Shown one piece after another: positions 55,628 to 64,000 of a DNA stretch of 64,000 nucleotides. The notes under the pieces were generated by a model. The model saw only the letters and a list, made by a program, of their open reading frames with translations, ran no database searches and had not been told where the DNA came from. The stretch is taken from assembly GCA_951406725.2 (NCBI GenBank), contig OX597827.1:82708001-82772000 (forward strand). The letters are read 5' to 3'. This DNA is from Octopus vulgaris (Eukaryota). A program made the position numbers and the translations under genes. Numbering within the stretch: position 1 is the stretch's first letter; the number at the start of each line of letters is the position of its first letter.

Positions 55628-56164
55628 CACAAATGTAGAGGTTGATTGATTTCATAAATATATAGAAACAAATACTGGGAGACCATTGCACATACACACA
55701 CACCCACACCCACACACATACATGCTCATAAATTCACACACATACACATACACATATCCATTTACACACACATAAGTACAGATATATGCTCATATATACA
55801 TACCTACAGATATACAAACATAATTACACACATTACATATAGCTATGAATAGACACCTAACTGTACACACACACACATACACACACACACGTGCACACAA
55901 ACACACCTTTAGATAATATGCACACACACACACACGCACACACACACACACGCACACACACACACACATTATCCGTTGCTAAATAATCTATGCTATTCAC
56001 ACAAAACTTCAATGTACAACGAACAAAATGTCAACAATATTGAATGTTATAACAGAAAGAATTTAATATATTAAAACCTCACTTTTTATTCCATTCCAAT
56101 TGACATTCTCTGACTTGTTTGATCTGATGTTTTCACAGAAAATTCATTTACACACACACACAAG

Positions 56165-56195
<31 letters not shown>

Positions 56196-56267
56196 GTATG
56201 TATATATATATATATGTATATGTATATGTATATGTATATATGTGTGTGTGTGTGTGTATGTATATGT

Positions 56268-56319
<52 letters not shown>

Positions 56320-57162
56320 GTAGCATTCAGGTAGAATCTTATGCAAAAGACCGTGCAAAGCTCATCCATAGTCATTGGCTACCTGATGTCATCAAACAGT
56401 CGAATTGCTCCTGCTACTGGACATACATCAGGGAATTCCATAATGTTTAGAGAGAGAGAAATGAAAGTGAATGGAATAGAGGATATTCTTTACGTAAAAT
56501 CACTACAATTGTTTCAACACATTTGCTCATCTGTAGTAAATAGGTGAGATGTTGTGTAATCATTATCCTCCGTCCAAGGTGCAAAATTCGCTTCCTCAGC
56601 TGATTAACTCGGTGCTTCCCCAGATCCTCTTGCCATTTCACTCAGTCTGATGCCCTTTGCTACTCAACAGTTAAACAATCAACTGTGGAACTGAATCTTA
56701 AACATTGGATGTAAGAAAATGGTTGCACAATATCTCACCTGTGTAACACAGGTGTAAGAATGGGCCAAAACAACTGAAGGGATTTTAAATAAGGAATGGC
56801 ATTAATTCTATTTTCTTTCATTCATCTACATATATGTGTGTGTGTGTGTGTGTCTGTCTGTGTGTGTGTGTGTATCTATATGTATGTATATGTATATATC
56901 TATGGGTTTGTGTGTGTGTATACATATGTGTGAATGTGTGTGTTTGTGTGTGTATTACCATTGTATGAGTGGATAAATGATCTCCTCTGCCAGTGCTGCA
57001 TAGGGCTTCACGGAAACCATTCTATATATTCCAAATTAGAAGGAAGAATCCAAGAATCCTTCAGCTCAGCTCAAGAATGTTTATTGGTAGCAAAATTATT
57101 TTTTATCACAAATCCAGAATTATTACAGTTTTATTTCTTCATAATCATACTTATATTGTTTG

Positions 57163-57271
<109 letters not shown>

Positions 57272-57372
57272 TTCAGCTTCGGTTTCCCCATGCCACTACA
57301 TTTGTCTGTCTGTGTGTGGGTATATACACACACATTCATATACAGAACACATTCACATTCACACACGAAGAT

Positions 57373-57477
<105 letters not shown>

Positions 57478-57568
57478 GCAGAAGGTGTTAGAACACCTAT
57501 AGTGCTAGAAATAAGAGCTAGATGCACATAATTGTATACATACATACTGACAGCAGCAGTCATGATAT

Positions 57569-57619
57569 CCCTATACCATCGACGGTTTCAGCTTTAAGAC
57601 CAAAGCCTCTTCAGTAGGG
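57569..57619 (-). ncRNA. Compact type I hammerhead ribozyme motif
   Basis: The minus strand reads CCCTA-CTGAAGA-GGCTTT-GGTCTT-AAAGCT-GAAA-CCG-TCGA-TGG-TA^TAGGG, and all three stems can form. An inverted half copy lies at 57636-57660. Confidence 0.9.
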
Positions 57620-57839
57620 TCGGTACCACTTATCCGGTCTTAAAGCCGAAACCATTGATAGCAGACTTTAAAAAGAAAAAGAAGTATTGGAATCGATTTC
57701 TTTGACTAAACCCAATGAGGTGGTGCCCCAGTATGGCCACAGTCCAGTGACTGAAGCAAGTAAAAGATAAAAGATAACAGACCTACACACACACACACAC
57801 ATAGAGGGCAGGGTGCAAGTAAATACCAAAAGTATGTTA

Positions 57840-58420
57840 CTAAAAATTTGTGCAGCCATTCTTGATAATCTTTCTTCTGAAATCTTCAACAAATCGGACT
57901 TTGACATCGATGACCATTTCAGTGAGGACCGGAATCCTTGACCCATCTCTACTAAATGATCCTCAACTGAAGAATGGGAGTCTTCAATGTATCTCTGGTA
58001 TTTTGAGGATGTCATTTAGTCTCCCTTTTAACAATGTTCCAAATGGGACTGAAATCAGGTGAATTTGGAGGCCACAAATCTGGTTTTACATGCTTATCTT
58101 CTTCTTAAGAACTGCTTGACATTCATTCTTGGGTTACATGGGCTTTTTGAGCAAGTGTTGAGCCTTGCTGAAACACATAATGGTCTTCCACTGCATACTT
58201 CATGCACCTGGAGCTTAACACCCGTGGAAAGGTGTGAGGTGGCATGACATGACCTCCCTTCCTCACCATTCCTAAAAACCATTTTAGCTGCTGGAAATTT
58301 AGTGAGCATCACTCTTGGCACATCAGAAGCATCTGCACATAACCATCTGCTATTTCTCCTGTTAGGCTTTCTTCTTGGTCCAGATTCTTCACTCACACAG
58401 AAGAACCAAAGCATGCCATG
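57840..58420 (-). mobile_element. Tc1/mariner (DD37D/maT-like) transposase relic
   Basis: MLWFF...NRRNSRWLCADASDVPRVMLTKFPA, YVFQQ and WPPNSPD, spread across frameshifts. Confidence 0.75.
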
Positions 58421-58424
58421 GTTT

Positions 58425-59492
58425 GTTAAATAACATATTTTGCTTTATGAATTCAATAAACACAACAACACAATGGAAACTGTGAGGAAGATTTATGCAG
58501 TCTATGGGAATTGGACAATATAGTATAAACCAGTGTCAACGGTGGTTCCAGAAATTCCAAGGCAGAAACTACAGCCTAGAAGATGAACCTCATCCTGGAA
58601 GATCTGTAGAGCTTAACGAGGTTGTCCTGCAAACCCTGGTGGAACAAAATCCCATTGTAACTGTTGTGGAATTATCAGAGAAGCTTAGATTTGGTCATTC
58701 AACCATTCATAGACACCTATGTGTCATTGGAAAAGTCAGCAAATTGGGTCAATGGGTTCCTCACAAACTTTCTGAGTCTAATCATGTGCAAAGAGTGAAT
58801 GTGTGCTTTTCTTTGTTGTCACGTCTCATGAATGAACCTTTTTTTGGTTCGAATAGTGTCTGGTGACAAGAAATGGGTTCTCTATAAAAAAAGTCAAGTG
58901 CCGAAGACGGAGGGTAGAGAAAAGAGAAACACCAGTACCTCAGGCTAAAGAAGGTCTTCACCCACATAAGGTGTTGTTATCTGTTTGATGGGATATGAAA
59001 GGTTTAGTCCACTTTGAACTTTTAACTCCTAAACCAAATAACAAAGGAGATCTGCTGTGGGCAGCTTGAGTGGCTTAAATCAGTGCTAGAAGAAAAAACG
59101 ACCATCTTTGGTTTCAAGATGAAATGTATTCGGCCACATACGGCAAGGATGACATTCCAAATGCTGGAGCAGTTTAATAGGAAACGATGCCCCACCCACC
59201 ATATTCACTGGACATTGCCCTATTTGATTATCATTTATTCCGCAGTCTTCAAAATCATTTGTATGGAAAAAATATGAATTCTCTAGACGAGGTCAGAACA
59301 TTACTAGGGGAGTATTTTTCATCATGGACAAGTGAATTTTGGAAGACGGGCCTTGCAAGTCTACCAGACAGGTGGAAGAGCATTGTAGAAAATGAAAGAG
59401 AGAATAGTTTAGATTAAAAAGAACTTTGTTTATCTTAAGTTTGAAAAGTATAAGAAGTATAAAAACTGCATTATTTATGGGATGACCCAATA
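58425..59492 (+). mobile_element. Mariner (DD34D-type) transposon relic, left end missing
   Basis: RWFQKF..LEDEPHPGR, WVPHKL, RPHTA and PHPPYSLDIALFDYHLFRSL. The TIR-like right end GCATTATTTATGGGATGACCCAA is followed by TA. Confidence 0.92.
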
Positions 59493-59559
59493 CTTAGCAA
59501 TGAGAAGAAGCAGAAAATAAGAGGTTTGCAGATGTTCTGGGAGAGGAAGAGCAAGGAAA

Positions 59560-60030
59560 TGAGGAGTTTTAGACTTCCAAACATTGTTCTAGAAAAAATT
59601 GAGATGCCATTGGAAGAGAAGTGTCTCTGGACTGATAATGGTAAACCAGGCTGAAAAGAAAGTATTATGGAAGCATTATTATGGGAGACTGTTGAATAAG
59701 AAGAATGCATGGAAGAGAGAGGCCCTACCCCAAGTAAACCCAATAAAGAGACCAGCCATCTAAATTAACAGCTGTGTAGTTGATAAAGAGATTAAGGATA
59801 TAAAGAGTAGGAAGATGGCGAGACGAGAATGCTGAAAATATCTGGCAGGGTGGACCATGCTTTAGATCCTTGCCCAAAGAAGTCACACCCAATGGTTGAT
59901 GTAACAGCATCAACTGCAAGAGCAAAAGAAATACTTTACAGAGAAGAAAGTGGAGAGGCATCAAATTGATGGACCAGGTTATGAAATTATGAAAGGTTAT
60001 TGATGGACCAGGTTATCAAGAGATTTATAA
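59560..60030 (+). mobile_element. Old RTE fragment (pre-RT region)
   Basis: WKHYYGRLLNKKNAW and [11 protein letters not shown] are collinear with 18230-18600. Confidence 0.8.
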
Positions 60031-60087
60031 CATTATTGATTAGGAATAGAATTATTTGGGTTTGTACAATGAGTGTGTGTGTGTGTA

Positions 60088-60131
<44 letters not shown>

Positions 60132-62659
60132 CGTGTGTGTGTGCGCGCGCGCGTGTGTGTGTGCGCGCGCACGTGTGTGTGTGTGTGTGTGTGTGCGCGC
60201 GTCTGTACACATACGCACACAAACACATAATATACATCGGACAACGCTGTGAAGATAATGAAAATGTTTGATGGAGCTTCGGCTTTGATAGGTTGGTATT
60301 AAGATGGAGGTTCCATTCTTTGGCCTCTATTAAACTTTTGTTAAACTGAATAAATGCACTTAATTTTAACCATCAACAACCCCAGAATGTTCTACTACTT
60401 TGCTTTACCTAATAATTAAGTTAGGTTTAGCTGCAGCTTCTATTTCATCCATTATATTTCTGAAGAACTACTTGAGGAATTTGTCAATATCTTCAGCACA
60501 ATTGATGGTTATTATTAGTGTAAACATCTGAAGAGCAAATCCAGTTTCTGCACCAAGCAACAAAGCGATTAGGAACCGAAGCTCAAATTGGTTCTACTAA
60601 ATACACCAGCAGGCAATCACTCTTGAATTTATTACATATTTTCCACAGAGGTGAATTAGTTGAATCGTTAGAGCCCTGCACAAAAATGTAAGCAGCACTA
60701 TTTACTTCTGGTTCCTAATGCTTTGAGTTCAAATCCCACTGATGTCGACTTTAGCTTCTTTCCTTGCAGAGTTGATAAAATAAAGCATCAGCCAATTGTT
60801 GAAGATGGCTGAGTATTCCTAGACAGCATTCCAAATGTAAGTGGAATTATAACAGAAGAAAAAAGAAGAGATGAACCCAAAATCCAGTTATGATGAACGA
60901 ATTGAAAATCAAATCAGCAAGTTCAAACGAGACACTCAAATTTTCCTAAATAACTGCAGTCTCTGGTTTGAACTTTTAGATTTTGTAGATGTTGAGGTCA
61001 AGCTAATTAGGTTTCTTGAATAGGTACAAGGTCGGAAGTCTAAAGAAAGTGGCTAGTCGATCTAGTTCTTAACTGGTCCTTTATTTTATGGACCCTGTAA
61101 CAATAACAGACAAAATTGACCTAAGAGGGATTAAACTTAGAACATAAAGAACTGGTACAAATAATGGTTTCAACTATAACTATCACAAGGCCAGCAATTT
61201 CAGGGGATAGGGTAAGTCAATTATCCTCTCCCCAGTATTCAACTGGTACTTACTTTATTGACTCCAAAAGGATGAAAGGCAAAGTCGATTGTGGTTGAGT
61301 TTGAACTCAGAATGTAAAGACAGACAAAAGGCTTTGCAGCATTCTGTCCAGTGTGCTAACCATTCTGCCAGCTGACCACATTAGAACTGGAACAAATAAT
61401 GCTTCACAATTTCTGCCAAACCAGAAATCCCACCCCCTTCAGTTTAAAGAGTAAAGGCCCCTACACTGAACTAGTTTCCTTCTGCATTTAGTCAGCCACA
61501 ATGACCAAGGTTAATTTTCTACAAAGACAAAAGTTAGTCTGTTACAGGTTGTGTGACAGCAATTAACATTTCTCTGTTTTCAATTACATCATCAGTATTA
61601 ACGAACATATTTTTAATTAAAACCACACCTGCCTGCAGGTGTAGCTTGCGACATTTCTAATTTACTTCATAAATAATGTGATGTATTCTCTTACCTTCTA
61701 TGCATTGGTTTATAACCTAAGAATATGAAGTGTGTAGGTGTTGAGGCATTCATGCCTTTCTCTAAGTGATATGAAATGGTTATGGACAGCTTACGAGTGC
61801 AAGTGTGGCTGAATGCTTAAAATGTTTGCTTAGTAACATGTCAGTGGTTCAGTCCCACTGCCTGGCACGTTGACCAAGTATCTGTCACCACAGCTTCCAG
61901 TTCATCTATCTCTTATCAAGTGATTTAGGTTGGGACGGAAACTATGTGGAGGGTTGTTAATGAGTATAAATACATGAGTAAAAATGTGTATAAGTATGCT
62001 ATATAAATATGTGTGTATAAGTATGCTATATAAATATGTGTGTGTGCATAGCTATATATGTATTTGTATGTATATCTATATGTATGTGTATGTCATTCGC
62101 TGATGTCTATTAAAAGGTAAAGATGTAAATATCACCAACAAAGCCAATAAAATGGGTCTTTTGAAGAGATTGCTCGTGATATAAAACATAATTAAAATAA
62201 AAGGAAAAGAAGAAAATAAAACCCAGTCAGCACCCCCCCCTCGTTGGTCCATCTTCCTGCCAACAACACCAGCAAAACAGGTCAAATACATTATTTCTAT
62301 CAAACACACTTTTGCTGGTGTCGTTTGACCTCTGTTAGCCCTGACTCAATATATCTAAGGTCAAAGACAGTCCAACTGTGACCATCCCATCAGTTTCTTC
62401 TGTGTCTGTATTACAATTATCTAATGTTTCATTCCATTTTTAAGGTGGTAGGGTCAGTTTCGAGGGGGACTCAGTGGCTATTTCTAGTAAGCCTTTAGTC
62501 TTAGTTCTGACATTTGGAAAATAATGATAAAACAGACAAAAATACCACCATGATTCCGTTCCATGCAACAGAAATATAAAATGAGGAATATTTTCTGTTT
62601 TGTAAATAACTGTAAAGAATTGATGCTGTTTAATATTCCTGAATCATTTCAATGAAATA

Positions 62660-62678
62660 ATGTTTTGTTCTCTTTCAG
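62660..62678 (+). other. Splice acceptor of the protocadherin coding exon
   Basis: TGTTTTGTTCTCTTTCAG| ends at 62678, 58 nt before the ATG. An in-frame TAG lies at 62689-62691. Confidence 0.7.
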
Positions 62679-62736
62679 AAAGGTTTCCTAGATTCCAAGA
62701 GTGCATGGCTTCAATAAAAGAACTTTGCCAAGAACC

Positions 62737-64000
62737 ATGTTGGTTTCTATGTATATACTGATATCATATATATACTGTTTATTCCATGTATGCCTGTGTG
62801 TTGATATCATTTATTACGTGGAGGAAGAGAAACACTCAGGAAGTTTCATTGGAGATATCGCAATGGATTCACACATGTTCGATGAAATGACATCAGAAAA
62901 TAGCGATCTCAGTTTTAGTGAACTGAGGCGGAAAATATCAACGAAGAGTCAATTATTCAATGTGACCAAGAATGGTAAACTGTACACAGCCCAGGTTCTG
63001 GATGCTGAATCCCTTTGTACGGACTATACGGAATGTTTTAGAATCATTAAAGTTGCCATCCGCAAAGCGAAAACCTTTATGAAGATACTCAAAGTTAAAG
63101 TGATTATAGAGGATATCAACGACAATCGACCAGAGTTTCCTGATAAAGAGATCTCGCTTCAGTTTTCTGAAGGTGATGCTGTAGGAATGGTAAAATCTAT
63201 TCCAAATGCCATTGACAAAGATGTCAGCCTCCTCAATTCTCAAATTTCTTACAAATTAAGAAATGAGATTAGGAATGAAAATATATTTTCTTTGTTTGTG
63301 TCTCGAAGAGCTGATGGAATCTCTACTCTTGGAATAGTCTTAGAGAAAAGACTTGACCGAGAAGCAAAAGATAATTATAGAATTCAAATTGTTGCAACTG
63401 ACAAAGGCTCCAAACCAAAGCAAAGTATTTTGAATGTTAGAATTTCTGTAAAAGATGAAAATGATAACAGACCAATTTTTTCCCCAAACATTTACAACAT
63501 TACAATAAAACACACTCACAAATTAAAAACACCTGTGATTCTTTTGTCTGCTGTTGATTTGGACATAAATAATAATGCTAAAGTTACTTATCACTTCAGT
63601 CCGAAAACATCAGACATTGCCAAAAAGTACTTTTTATTAAATTCAAGAACTGGAGAGGTTGTTTTAATACAGAGTCCAAAATTAAATGATAAATTGCCTT
63701 ATAAATTATATATTGAAGCCAAAGATGGAGGTAGTCCTCCACTTACTTCCATAGCAACAGTTCTGGTAAATGTTATCAACCAACACAACAATCCTCCATC
63801 TATTGACATTGATTATGTGTCTGCAATCAGTGACAACACAGCTACCATTTCTGAAGACATCAAAGTTGGTAGTTTCATTGCTTATGTGATGGTCACTGAC
63901 AATGATGTGGGACAAAATGGAGAGGTCAGCTGTGATATCAAAGACAATAAATTTAAACTACAATCCATGGGGCCAAAAGAATTTAAAGTTGTTATGAAAA
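62737..64000 (+). CDS. Protocadherin (cephalopod type), 5' part: signal peptide plus EC1-EC4, continuing beyond the window
   Basis: 421 stop-free codons: MLVSMYILISYIYCLFHVCLC-VDIIYYVEEE, EC1 LDAESLC-x5-C, DINDNRPEF, AIDKD, LDRE, ATDKG, DENDNRPIF, AVDLD, AKDGGSPPL, ISED, VTDND. ACC-ATG start context. Confidence 0.97.
   Translation, partial: MLVSMYILISYIYCLFHVCLCVDIIYYVEEEKHSGSFIGDIAMDSHMFDEMTSENSDLSFSELRRKISTKSQLFNVTKNGKLYTAQVLDAESLCTDYTECFRIIKVAIRKAKTFMKILKVKVIIEDINDNRPEFPDKEISLQFSEGDAVGMVKSIPNAIDKDVSLLNSQISYKLRNEIRNENIFSLFVSRRADGISTLGIVLEKRLDREAKDNYRIQIVATDKGSKPKQSILNVRISVKDENDNRPIFSPNIYNITIKHTHKLKTPVILLSAVDLDINNNAKVTYHFSPKTSDIAKKYFLLNSRTGEVVLIQSPKLNDKLPYKLYIEAKDGGSPPLTSIATVLVNVINQHNNPPSIDIDYVSAISDNTATISEDIKVGSFIAYVMVTDNDVGQNGEVSCDIKDNKFKLQSMGPKEFKVVMK

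Noticed and set aside
62953-63915. Minus-strand ORFs of 96 and 69 aa
   Set aside because: They are antisense shadows of the protocadherin CDS.

Overview
Repeat-saturated, AT-rich animal DNA, almost certainly from an octopus (coleoid cephalopod), judged from the protocadherin type and the SINE, LINE and microsatellite content. It holds one host gene: a protocadherin. Its large coding exon starts behind a splice acceptor at 62678 (ATG 62737) and runs off the window end (421 codons, signal peptide plus EC1-EC4). The ORF track missed it because there is no stop in the window. The ~62 kb upstream is intergenic or a long 5'-UTR intron. It contains RTE LINEs (one young 5'-truncated copy with an intact 1.8 kb RT ORF and an embedded PHD-type finger), two R4/Dong-type LINE lineages sitting in different microsatellites, CR1-, RTE-BovB- and Tx1-like remnants, a solo LTR, a Helitron, Tc1/mariner relics and several tRNA-derived SINE families. 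Most ORF-track entries are microsatellite artefacts. The most interesting hidden signal is a dense, diverse set of minimal type I hammerhead ribozyme motifs: 7 complete or near-complete, plus decayed copies and half-sites, from at least 5 unrelated sequence families. Most lie in inverted 'tail-out' Penelope-type elements. One lies downstream of a tRNA-like Pol III head, and a 4-unit tandem array carries decayed hammerhead cores. Everything was read by eye, with no database search or folding program; repeat boundaries are approximate.
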